Positions 9,501-17,655 of a stretch of DNA of 64,000 nt are shown piece after piece. The stretch comes from Oscillospiraceae bacterium (GTDB taxonomy: Bacteria; Bacillota; Clostridia; Oscillospirales; UBA929), in contig WRAI01000008.1 in assembly GCA_009780275.1 (NCBI GenBank), forward strand, positions 337-64,336. The letters are read 5' to 3'. The notes under the pieces are model-generated. The model did no database searches. It was not told the origin of the DNA and saw only the letters and a program-made list of their open reading frames with translations. The first letter of the stretch is position 1. Each line of letters begins with the position of its first letter. A program made the position numbers and the translations under genes.

Positions 9501-10631
9501 ATGAGTAACAATAATTTTCCCAATGATTGCATGAACGAAATGCAAAACGAACGTGTACGCAGATTTTTTATCACAATAAATCATTCAGACGTGCGAGAAT
9601 GGACACATGATAAAATTCGTGATGTATGCGAGAAGTTTCCGACAATTAGATATTTTTGTTTTGCAGATGAAATCGGTAACGAAAGTAAGCGTTTACATTC
9701 GCATATATACATAGAATTAGACAACGCAATGCGGTTTAGTACAATGATTAACAATTTCAATGGGGGTCATGTGCAAAAAATACATGAATTTGGTACGGGA
9801 TTTGATTGTCGTAATTACATACGTAAAGATGGTAGGCATTTTGATAAACATGACACAGTTGTTGAAAATACGTTTTATGAATGGGGGCAAGTTCCGCAAG
9901 ACAAATCACAAGGCAAACGCAACGATTGGAGCGATGCACGAACAATGTTAAATGATGGTTTTGATGTTGATAGTATTATTGATACGTTTCCTCATTTAAT
10001 GCGTTATCGTAATATATTAGAAAATGAAATGTTGCATATGAAATCAAGGGGCAGGCAAATGAAAGGTCGTGCGTATGTAACATATATTCAAGGTCGCACG
10101 AATTTGGGTAAAACAACATGGGTATTTGATGAATATGGCGATGATGAAGTATGCAACATTATTGATTACGAAAACAAAAATCAAATATTCGATAGTTATA
10201 TGGGCGAAAGGGTTTTGTTATTAGACGAGTTCGATTCAAGCATTACATATTCGATTTTGAATGGGTACATTGACAGGCGAAAAGTAAAATTGAGTGCGAG
10301 GTATCACAAAAGAACGGTGTGTTATGAAAAAATATACATCGTATCGAATTTGCCGTTAGAAAAACAATATGAAAAATTGAAAAAAGACAATCGTGCATTT
10401 TACGACACGTTCATTCGCAGAATTGATAAAGTTATGGTTTACACAGATTTTTGCAAATTCAACGAATACACGACAAGTGAATATTTTGAGTTGTTAGAAC
10501 ACGACAAATCAATCAATGGTTTTGCGACGAGTGAAAGTAAGAAACAAACGGGATTTTGTAGTATATGTGGCGAATTTGATTGTATGGGCGATAATTGCGA
10601 CGATTTATGGGGCGAGGATTTAGCGAGTTAG
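9501..10631 (+). CDS. rep: Rolling-circle replication initiator with HUH endonuclease + SF3 helicase architecture (CRESS-DNA-virus/pCRESS-like Rep)
   Basis: Motif I RFFITINH, motif II HSHIYIEL, motif III NYIRKDG (YxxK), Walker A GRTNLGKTT, Walker B VLLLDEFD, motif C YIVSN. There is a C-terminal Cys cluster CSICGEFDCMGDNC. Confidence 0.75.
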   Translation: MSNNNFPNDCMNEMQNERVRRFFITINHSDVREWTHDKIRDVCEKFPTIRYFCFADEIGNESKRLHSHIYIELDNAMRFSTMINNFNGGHVQKIHEFGTGFDCRNYIRKDGRHFDKHDTVVENTFYEWGQVPQDKSQGKRNDWSDARTMLNDGFDVDSIIDTFPHLMRYRNILENEMLHMKSRGRQMKGRAYVTYIQGRTNLGKTTWVFDEYGDDEVCNIIDYENKNQIFDSYMGERVLLLDEFDSSITYSILNGYIDRRKVKLSARYHKRTVCYEKIYIVSNLPLEKQYEKLKKDNRAFYDTFIRRIDKVMVYTDFCKFNEYTTSEYFELLEHDKSINGFATSESKKQTGFCSICGEFDCMGDNCDDLWGEDLAS

Positions 10632-10640
10632 GTTTGGTTA

Positions 10641-10743
10641 GTCACAGTCACAGAAGTAATAAGAAATTATACAAGAAACGGATTCGACTTCGGTCGGGTT
10701 CGTTTTTTATTTGGGCGGTTTTTCAAGTCAGAATAGTATAATA
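10641..10743 (+). repeat. Copy B of the bipartite repeated module; contains the rep terminator
   Basis: GTCACAGTCACAGAAGTAATAAGAAATTATA at 10641-10671 and GGGCGGTTTTTCAAGTCAGAATAGTATAATA at 10713-10743. A hairpin plus T-run lies at 10677-10708. Confidence 0.7.
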
Positions 10744-10780
10744 AATGTATAAAATAAACAAAAAAGGAAGTACATTTAAT

Positions 10781-11074
10781 ATGATGGAAAAACGCATGAA
10801 TATTCCGCAAACAACGAGTATTGAAAACGCATTACATATTTATTATCGTCATGCAGAATTAGGCAACAAAGAGATAACAATTTTATTCGGGCAGCGTTCC
10901 CCGAACACGTTGTCGAAATTGAAAAAGATTGCAAAGGACGAAATGCGAGAACGTGAAATGATGTCGTTTGGTTCAAACACGGTCAACACGGTTGTTGCGT
11001 TTGAAGTTTGGGGTATTGACGTTAAGGATTTAGAGCATCGCATGAAAAAGATTAAACAGTTGAAATTAGCGTAA
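10781..11074 (+). CDS. Small putative DNA-binding protein upstream of int (excisionase/regulator candidate)
   Basis: 97 aa from ATG 10781 (RBS AAGGAAG). The call rests on its position immediately 5' of the integrase and an HTH-like stretch (NKEITILFGQRSPNTLSKLKKIA). Function is inferred only. Confidence 0.4.
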   Translation: MMEKRMNIPQTTSIENALHIYYRHAELGNKEITILFGQRSPNTLSKLKKIAKDEMREREMMSFGSNTVNTVVAFEVWGIDVKDLEHRMKKIKQLKLA

Positions 11075-11112
11075 ATAAAAATATGATGATGTTGATTGCT
11101 TGTAAATGGGTG

Positions 11113-11140
11113 TTGACACTACTTTTCAATGTGTTATAAT
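11113..11140 (+). promoter_or_regulatory. Promoter for int (TTGACA-16 nt-TGTTATAAT, extended -10)
   Basis: TTGACA at 11113-11118 and TATAAT at 11135-11140, preceded by TGT. Confidence 0.55.
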
Positions 11141-11177
11141 TCGTTCACAAGCAATCGACAGGAAAGGATAAAAAAAT

Positions 11178-12353
11178 ATGTCGATTAAAAAGATTACAGG
11201 CAAATCAAAAGACGGTTTGCAAAAGTATCATGTTCGTGTAAATTTCATGTGCAACAGAACAGGCAAATATAAGCAGTTCACAAAAATTGCGTATGGGTTA
11301 GAAAATGCAAAAGAATTAGAAATTCAGTTGCAAAAACAAAAAAATGAACATGATATAGATTCAAAAATGACGATTCAGCAGTTATTTGATGAATACATGG
11401 CAAAGAAACGGTTTGAAATTCGTGAATCAACATGGGATACCCATAAGCGACAATATGAAAATCATGTTCAGTCGATTTTAGGCAATATACGAATTAGCAA
11501 GTTGACAACGCAGATTTTGCAGGATTGGAAAACACAAATTGAATCAAAAGGAATGGCGTTGAAAACAAAACAGCATATGTACGGTAATTTACGAGCGTTG
11601 TTAAATTATGCGGTCAAAATGCAGTACATCAATCAGAATTTATTGTTGATTGTCGGCAATTTCAAAGATGCAATGTACACGAAACAGGAAGTTGATTTTT
11701 ACACGTCGGACGAATTTTTGCAGTTTATTGAAGTTGCGAAAGCACAAGCAATAAAACACGAGCGAGAAAATCACGATTGGTCGGAGTATGAGTATTATGT
11801 ATTTTTCAATATTGCGTTTTATTGTGGTTTGCGAAAAAGTGAAATTCATGGGTTGCAATGGAGTGATATTTGTGGTAATATGTTAAGTGTTCGGCGTTCG
11901 ATTCAACAGAAAATCAAAAATGTTGATATTGTGCAACCCCCTAAAACAAAATCGTCATATCGTACAATGCAAATGCCACAAGCATTGATTGACATTTTGA
12001 ACGAACACAAGAAACGCAAACAGCAATTACACAATTTCAGCGATGACAATTTCATTTTAGGCGTTGAGCGTTCATTGCGTAATAGTTCAGTTGCAAATCG
12101 AAATAGTTTATATGCGGAATTGGCACAGTTAAAGCACATACGCATACATGATTTCAGACATTCTCATGCTTCTGTTTTATGCAATGCAAATGTGAATATT
12201 CAGCAAGTTTCAAAACGAATGGGTCATGCACGAGTTGAGGAAACACGGAACACATATTCGCACTTATATCCTCGTGATGTTGAAATTGCCGTTGATGTAT
12301 TTAACAAAATCGACAATGCGAACAAGCGTCCTCGATTGTACGAAATCGCATGA
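11178..12353 (+). CDS. int: Tyrosine site-specific integrase
   Basis: 391 aa with an N-terminal SAM-like domain. The C-terminal catalytic pattern includes GLRKSE, HDFRHSHAS and a terminal Y (NTYSHLY). It lies next to attR. Confidence 0.88.
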   Translation: MSIKKITGKSKDGLQKYHVRVNFMCNRTGKYKQFTKIAYGLENAKELEIQLQKQKNEHDIDSKMTIQQLFDEYMAKKRFEIRESTWDTHKRQYENHVQSILGNIRISKLTTQILQDWKTQIESKGMALKTKQHMYGNLRALLNYAVKMQYINQNLLLIVGNFKDAMYTKQEVDFYTSDEFLQFIEVAKAQAIKHERENHDWSEYEYYVFFNIAFYCGLRKSEIHGLQWSDICGNMLSVRRSIQQKIKNVDIVQPPKTKSSYRTMQMPQALIDILNEHKKRKQQLHNFSDDNFILGVERSLRNSSVANRNSLYAELAQLKHIRIHDFRHSHASVLCNANVNIQQVSKRMGHARVEETRNTYSHLYPRDVEIAVDVFNKIDNANKRPRLYEIA

Positions 12354-12505
12354 CGAAACGTAACACATTTTTAACACAATATTGTGAAATTGTTGCGAAT
12401 ATCAAAATATTGCGAAATAGGCAAAATGCGTGAACACATTGATATGAATAGGTTATAATAGGTTTGGGTGATTGGCGAATATATTAAAATTGTTTGCAAA
12501 TTCGA

Positions 12506-12522
12506 CCTGTCACCTCGACCAT
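12506..12522 (+). repeat. attR core (17 bp)
   Basis: Identical to the tRNA 3' end at 4066-4082. Confidence 0.9.
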
Positions 12523-12565
12523 TAGTCTTAATGAGTCTGTATCCCTAGTTACCTCTGTTGCCAAC

Positions 12566-12610
12566 AAAAGCGTTCTTATCAGCATATTAAACGCTGATAA
12601 GAACGCTTTT
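12566..12610. terminator. Bidirectional terminator (original tRNA-Pro terminator / MFS gene terminator)
   Basis: Perfect 18-bp inverted repeat AAAAGCGTTCTTATCAGC / GCTGATAAGAACGCTTTT with a 9-nt loop. Confidence 0.75.
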
Positions 12611-12669
12611 GTTTTACTATTATTGCAGACAAATTTTAACAGTAGATACCCAAAAACTTGATAACCTAA

Positions 12670-13851
12670 TTATGTTTTGTTGCCTGCCTTTAGTGCGCGC
12701 GCTAAAATTTCATTGCACACAAATACAAGAACAACAAAAGCCAAGCCCAAAGGGAAAAGCGCCTCATAAGAGATAAAATGCATGATTTGGCTGGTCATAA
12801 AGAATAACACTGCTATCCCGGCACCAAAAGCCGCAAGTTCATACCCTACAATTTTAGACACAGTGTGGGGTGCAAATCGATTGGATGTATCACTGACCAA
12901 GGTTGGAAGCATCGGGCCTAGTCCAAGCCCTGCCAAAGCCATGCCCCAAACGTTGCCGACGAAATATAATACTATAACTCCCACTACGGCTACACCCGCG
13001 CCAATACGCACAATCGGAACTTCCTTTAACCACTTTGCGACCCAGCCAAAAAACACTCGACTGACCGTCATTGATATGTAGTAAACGGCTGAAAATATTG
13101 CCACTGTATAAGTCGTTTCTTGCCCGCGCGCAATCAGTGCTGCGCCGGTAAAAAACACGAGGGTATAGTCTGTGCCGCCCAAGAAGAAGAATGTCAATAT
13201 CTCCACAACCTGATGCCACCGTTTTGTTAAATATCGTTTCTTTTCTGTGTTTTCTTCTAACTCGCCCTGAGCTGACTCATTATCATCAATCCAAATCTTT
13301 TTATACATGCTAAGCAAAAGCATAATTGCCACTGCCCCCAAAATACCGGTAATCACAAAATATCCCGCGCGCCAACTTAGCACTGCCATCATCTGACCCA
13401 TAATAATAGGACTTAACGTAGCGCCAACACCCCAAAAGCAGTGCATCCAGTTGTTGTGCCTAGCGGTAAAGTGTTTTGCCATATACGAGTTCATGCTGGA
13501 TGCCATTAATCCAGTGCCAAACCCATAAATCGTTATGGTTGCAAGCACTAATGTAAAATTCGGCGACAAGGCAAGGCCAATAAAGCCTAAACTCATGATG
13601 ATAAGACCATATAAATAAACCGTTTGCAACTTCATAAAACGATTCAGTTTAGATAAGATGATCCCGGCTAATGTGTAGGTAACAGAATATCCCACCAAGA
13701 TATATCCTGTGTGGGCTGTCGTCATTCCCCGGATTTCATCTGCAATGCCAAGCCATGACACAGTAAATGCACCATCGGGAAATCCAACAACAAAATAACT
13801 CACCAAGATAACGCCGAGTAACCATATATTGCTTTTTTTTGCTTCAATCAT
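12670..13851 (-). CDS. MFS transporter
   Basis: 393 aa with about 12 predicted hydrophobic helices. Co-oriented with and overlapping a TetR gene. Confidence 0.75.
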   Translation of the reverse strand: MIEAKKSNIWLLGVILVSYFVVGFPDGAFTVSWLGIADEIRGMTTAHTGYILVGYSVTYTLAGIILSKLNRFMKLQTVYLYGLIIMSLGFIGLALSPNFTLVLATITIYGFGTGLMASSMNSYMAKHFTARHNNWMHCFWGVGATLSPIIMGQMMAVLSWRAGYFVITGILGAVAIMLLLSMYKKIWIDDNESAQGELEENTEKKRYLTKRWHQVVEILTFFFLGGTDYTLVFFTGAALIARGQETTYTVAIFSAVYYISMTVSRVFFGWVAKWLKEVPIVRIGAGVAVVGVIVLYFVGNVWGMALAGLGLGPMLPTLVSDTSNRFAPHTVSKIVGYELAAFGAGIAVLFFMTSQIMHFISYEALFPLGLAFVVLVFVCNEILARALKAGNKT

Positions 13852-14510
13852 GACAATTCCTCACTTTTTATTGGATATAATCCTTCTGCAAACTTCTTAG
13901 ATTTTGCTATAAATGCATCACTCGCAACATCTACACCCAAGAGTCTCATCATATGCTGGACAAACCGTAAGCGTTTATGTAAGTCTTCTGCACTGCACTC
14001 AAGAGTAACAGGGTCACACCATATGCAAAATAAGAGATTGAATAGCTGAGCGCATTCTTCAGGAAATTCTGTTTTTACCGAACCATCTTGATTTCCTTCT
14101 TTTATGATGTCAGTGATAATTGGCGATATCTTTTTCTCCCATGCTCTCAAATCCTCAATAATAAGTCGGGGGCTTCGAGACGTAAGTGCCATTTTTGATA
14201 ACGGCGTTCTCTCAGCATCGTCGTAGAACCTGTTGAACAGACCCACGATTTTTTCTTTAGCTGTCAACATTTTCATGTCAGAGAGCCATTTGTGCATATC
14301 CTGTGCCGTGGAGTCGTTATGTTTGTCTAGTACTGCAGCTAAAATATCCTCTTTCGACTTAAAGTGGTGAAAAATTGTTCCCTTAGACAGCCCTGTCTCG
14401 TTTACAATTTCTTGCGTCGTTGTTTTTTCATAGCCTTTTTCCAAAAAAAGTTTTTCAGAAACAGATAGAATGGTATTGATCGTTTTTTGTGGGTCAATAA
14501 CTCGTGCCAT
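13848..14510 (-). CDS. TetR/AcrR-family transcriptional regulator
   Basis: N-terminal TetR HTH (EKTTTQEIVNETGLSKGTIFHHFKSKEDIL). A 4-nt overlap links it to the MFS gene. Confidence 0.85.
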   Translation of the reverse strand: MARVIDPQKTINTILSVSEKLFLEKGYEKTTTQEIVNETGLSKGTIFHHFKSKEDILAAVLDKHNDSTAQDMHKWLSDMKMLTAKEKIVGLFNRFYDDAERTPLSKMALTSRSPRLIIEDLRAWEKKISPIITDIIKEGNQDGSVKTEFPEECAQLFNLLFCIWCDPVTLECSAEDLHKRLRFVQHMMRLLGVDVASDAFIAKSKKFAEGLYPIKSEELS

Positions 14511-14549
14511 GTGTACAACCTCCTTCTTATATAGTATGATAACACAGCG

Positions 14550-14568
14550 TAGACCGTCGGTCGGTCTA
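14550..14568. promoter_or_regulatory. Palindromic candidate TetR operator TAGACCG-N5-CGGTCTA
   Basis: Perfect 7-bp inverted arms, 40 bp upstream of the TetR start. Confidence 0.45.
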
Positions 14569-14759
14569 TTTTCATGCTATCATTTTCCGCACTCTTTGTC
14601 AAGTATTTTACATACTAACTCGCTTTTGGTAAGCATACATTGACCGACATATCATATGTGCCTTTGTTATAAGCACTGTCAAAAACTTGCTCTTTGCTTT
14701 CTTTTGTGGTATAGTGAGGAGAAAGCCACATCTACAAATATCGAAAGGATTGTATCGAA

Positions 14760-15749
14760 ATGAAAAAAATGTGCAAATTTCTCGCGTTGCTTCTTGTTGT
14801 CACTTTTGCGGCTGCCAGCTTTTCTGCTTGTGAGAACGGAGGCGGTTCTGACGACGGTAATTTCAGCATCGGTATTATTCAATTGTTAGAGCATCCGGCA
14901 CTAGACGCTGCCAGCAACGGCTTTATGGAAGAACTGACGGCGGCGGCAGAGTCCGCGGGATATACCGTAACGTTTGACTTGCAAAACGCGCAAAATGACA
15001 CCGCCACACTAAATACCATCGCGAGCGGCTTTGAGCGGCGCGGGGTAGACTTGGTACTTGCCAATGCCACGCCCAGCGCACAAGCAATGGCCAATGTAAC
15101 CAACGAAATCCCTATCGTTGGTGTATCGATTACTACCTTTGTCGGTGCTGGCTTAGTTGACTCTAACGAAGCACCCGGCGGAAATATTACCGGCGCATCC
15201 GACATGAACCCCGTTCGTGCGCAAATTGAAATGATTTTGGAGTTTTTCCCCGACATCCAAACTATCGGCTTGCTGTATTCATCGGGCGAGGATAACTCTG
15301 TGTATCAAGCGCAATTGGCACGGGATGTTATCGAGGATTTAGGGCTTACCAGCGATTCGGCCACTATCGCCGATGTCAACGACTTGCGCCAAGTCGCTAC
15401 ATCCTTGGCTGGCCGTGTAGATGCCATCTACATACCAACTGACAACAACATCGCCGGCGCAATGGGTGTCATTGAACAAGTCAGCGACAGTTCCAGCACA
15501 CCGTTCTTCGCCGGCGAAGAAAACATGACCATGGGAGGCGGCGTTGCCACACTCAGCGTCAATTACGAGGAGCTGGGGCGGCAAGCCGGCCGTATGGCAG
15601 CGCAAATTCTACTCCAAGGCGCAACCCCGGCAACGATGCCGATTCAAACGGCAGAGCGATACAATTACACTGTCAACGGCTATATGGTCGAGCGTTTGGG
15701 CATTGATGTCCCCACGCGTTTCCAAGAATTTATCCGCATGCCGGAATAA
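14760..15749 (+). CDS. ABC transporter substrate-binding lipoprotein (ABC_sub_bind / BMP-type, the family annotated as putative Trp/Tyr uptake)
   Basis: Lipobox FSAC. The sequence is typical of the PF04392-like family (IGIIQLLEHPALD..., VDAIYIPTDNN). Confidence 0.75.
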   Translation: MKKMCKFLALLLVVTFAAASFSACENGGGSDDGNFSIGIIQLLEHPALDAASNGFMEELTAAAESAGYTVTFDLQNAQNDTATLNTIASGFERRGVDLVLANATPSAQAMANVTNEIPIVGVSITTFVGAGLVDSNEAPGGNITGASDMNPVRAQIEMILEFFPDIQTIGLLYSSGEDNSVYQAQLARDVIEDLGLTSDSATIADVNDLRQVATSLAGRVDAIYIPTDNNIAGAMGVIEQVSDSSSTPFFAGEENMTMGGGVATLSVNYEELGRQAGRMAAQILLQGATPATMPIQTAERYNYTVNGYMVERLGIDVPTRFQEFIRMPE

Positions 15750-15810
15750 TAGAAGTGTTGAAAGGCAGTTTCAACATACCCGAATAATCACTAATTAAAG
15801 GACATATCAT

Positions 15811-16731
15811 ATGTTTTCCATCTTGCAAGTAGCTGTTTCAGAGGGGTTGCTCTGGTCGCTGATGGCGGTCGGCGTTTTTTATACGTTCCGCATTTTAAAT
15901 ATGCCCGATCTGTCCGTCGAAGGCACGTTGATACTGGGCGCGGGATTGGCAGCGCGGCTGATTGCCAACGGCGGTAATCCGTTTGTGGCCACATTACTTG
16001 CCATATGTATTGGCGCGGCAGGCGGCTTTGTCACCGGCATTTTACACACCAAGCTCAAAATACCGTCAATTTTGGCTGGCATTTTGACGATGGTCGGCTC
16101 TTACTCAGTCGCCCTTCGTGTCATGTCACAGCCCAATATTCCGCTGAACCGCTGGCGTACATTCTCTGTCTTCGCGGCATTTGAAAACCTGCTTGGATCA
16201 CTGGGGATAGCCGTTTCTTATGACACCATTGTCATTATCTTCTCTGTTATCGTGGCCATCGCCATTGGTGTGCTCCTCTATTGTTTTGCCGGTACCGAAA
16301 TCGGCTCTGCCATGCGCGCCAGCGGCAACAACTTACAGATGGTCAAAGCGCAAGGCGTCAACACCAATGCCATGATTGTACTGTGTCTGATGATTTCCAA
16401 TGGGCTGGTCGGCTTATCGGGCGCGCTGATTGCGCAATACCAAGGCTTTGCAGTTGTCACCATGGGTGCGGGCACAATTGTCGCCGGTCTTGCCGCAGTG
16501 GTAATTGCCGAAGTGTTATTTAAGTTCCGCAGCTTTTGGGGGCGGTTGATTTCGATTGCTTTGGGTTCAATTATCTATCGCCTCGTTATCGCCCTTGTAT
16601 TGGAATTGGGTATGAATCCCAACGACCTGCGATTGCTTACCGCCATCACTGTTGCCGTCGCCTTGGTGTTGCCGCAAACGCGCGACTGGCTCAAAAGGCT
16701 GTTCGGCAAAGTGCGGGGAGGAGCTTCATAA
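15811..16731 (+). CDS. ABC transporter permease (partner of the BMP-type SBP)
   Basis: 306 aa polytopic membrane protein. Its stop overlaps the ATPase ATG by 1 nt. Confidence 0.8.
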   Translation: MFSILQVAVSEGLLWSLMAVGVFYTFRILNMPDLSVEGTLILGAGLAARLIANGGNPFVATLLAICIGAAGGFVTGILHTKLKIPSILAGILTMVGSYSVALRVMSQPNIPLNRWRTFSVFAAFENLLGSLGIAVSYDTIVIIFSVIVAIAIGVLLYCFAGTEIGSAMRASGNNLQMVKAQGVNTNAMIVLCLMISNGLVGLSGALIAQYQGFAVVTMGAGTIVAGLAAVVIAEVLFKFRSFWGRLISIALGSIIYRLVIALVLELGMNPNDLRLLTAITVAVALVLPQTRDWLKRLFGKVRGGAS

Positions 16732-17525
16732 TGCTACACATTGAAAACCTAAACAAAACCTTCAACCCCGGCACTGTTATTGCCAACCATGCCTTGCGCG
16801 GCGTCAGCCTGACCCTTGCAAGCGGCGATTATGTAACACTCATCGGCGGCAACGGCGCGGGCAAAAGCACGCTGTTAAGTAGTGTCGCCGGTACGTTCAT
16901 GTCTGACACCGGACGCGTTACCATTGACAATGTCGATGTGACAAATTTGCCGGAACATAAGCGAGCGCCATACCTCGGACGCGTCTTTCAAGACCCGATG
17001 ATGGGCACGGCCGCCGGCATGAACATTGAAGAAAACCTTGCCATCGCCTACCGACGCGGCAAGCGGCGCAGTTTGCGCTGGTATATCACGGCAAAAGAGC
17101 GTAAAATCTACCGTGAGCGTCTTGCCACATTGGAGCTGGGGTTAGAAAACCGCATGACTGACAAAGTGGGGTTGCTCTCCGGCGGGCAACGGCAAGCATT
17201 GACCCTCTTAATGGCAACACTCAAGCAACCCAAAGTATTGTTGCTCGACGAACACACTGCCGCACTCGATCCTAAGACAGCACCTAAAGTGCTGGATATC
17301 GGCGACCGAATTATCTCAGAGCATAAACTAACAACCATGATGGTGACGCACAATATGCGCGACGCCATCCGCCACGGCAACCGCCTCATTATGATGAACG
17401 GTGGGCACATTGTGCTAGATGCTTCGGGCGAGGAGAAGAAAAATTTGACAGTGGAAAATCTCATTACCAAGTTCAGCCACGCCAGCGGCGAGGCGTTCGC
17501 GGGAGATCAAGCGCTCTTAGGCTAA
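16731..17525 (+). CDS. ABC transporter ATP-binding protein
   Basis: Walker A GGNGAGKST, signature LSGGQRQ, Walker B LLLDEH. The start is set at ATG 16731 (MLHIENL...). The track ORF from 16536 overlaps the permease. Confidence 0.88.
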   Translation: MLHIENLNKTFNPGTVIANHALRGVSLTLASGDYVTLIGGNGAGKSTLLSSVAGTFMSDTGRVTIDNVDVTNLPEHKRAPYLGRVFQDPMMGTAAGMNIEENLAIAYRRGKRRSLRWYITAKERKIYRERLATLELGLENRMTDKVGLLSGGQRQALTLLMATLKQPKVLLLDEHTAALDPKTAPKVLDIGDRIISEHKLTTMMVTHNMRDAIRHGNRLIMMNGGHIVLDASGEEKKNLTVENLITKFSHASGEAFAGDQALLG

Positions 17526-17540
17526 CTCATGTGCAAACTA

Positions 17541-17585
17541 GACAAAACGGAATGATCCTTAACCAAGGGATGATTCCGTTTTGTC
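17541..17585 (+). terminator. Terminator after the ABC operon
   Basis: 18-bp stem GACAAAACGGAATGATCC / GGATGATTCCGTTTTGTC with one mismatch. Confidence 0.65.
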
Positions 17586-17655
17586 AACTGTCGCAATTGA
17601 CATCGCCTAATAACCTATTATATAATAAAATAACACAACATGCATGGAGGCATTC

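Larger units (their letters stand above)
4066..12522. mobile_element. Integrative (probably mobilizable) element in the 3' end of tRNA-Pro, ~8.4 kb, attL/attR = 17-bp direct repeat
   Basis: CCTGTCACCTCGACCAT occurs at 4066-4082 (tRNA 3' end) and again at 12506-12522. A tyrosine integrase lies next to the right repeat. The interior is visibly AT-richer than the flanks and encodes XRE, an FtsK-like ATPase, Rep and Int. Confidence 0.88.

Noticed and set aside
16536-16730. 65-codon N-terminal extension of the ABC ATPase ORF in the track.
   Set aside because: It lies entirely inside the permease gene in another frame. The conserved ATPase N-terminus (MLHIENLNKTF) begins at ATG 16731, overlapping the permease stop.
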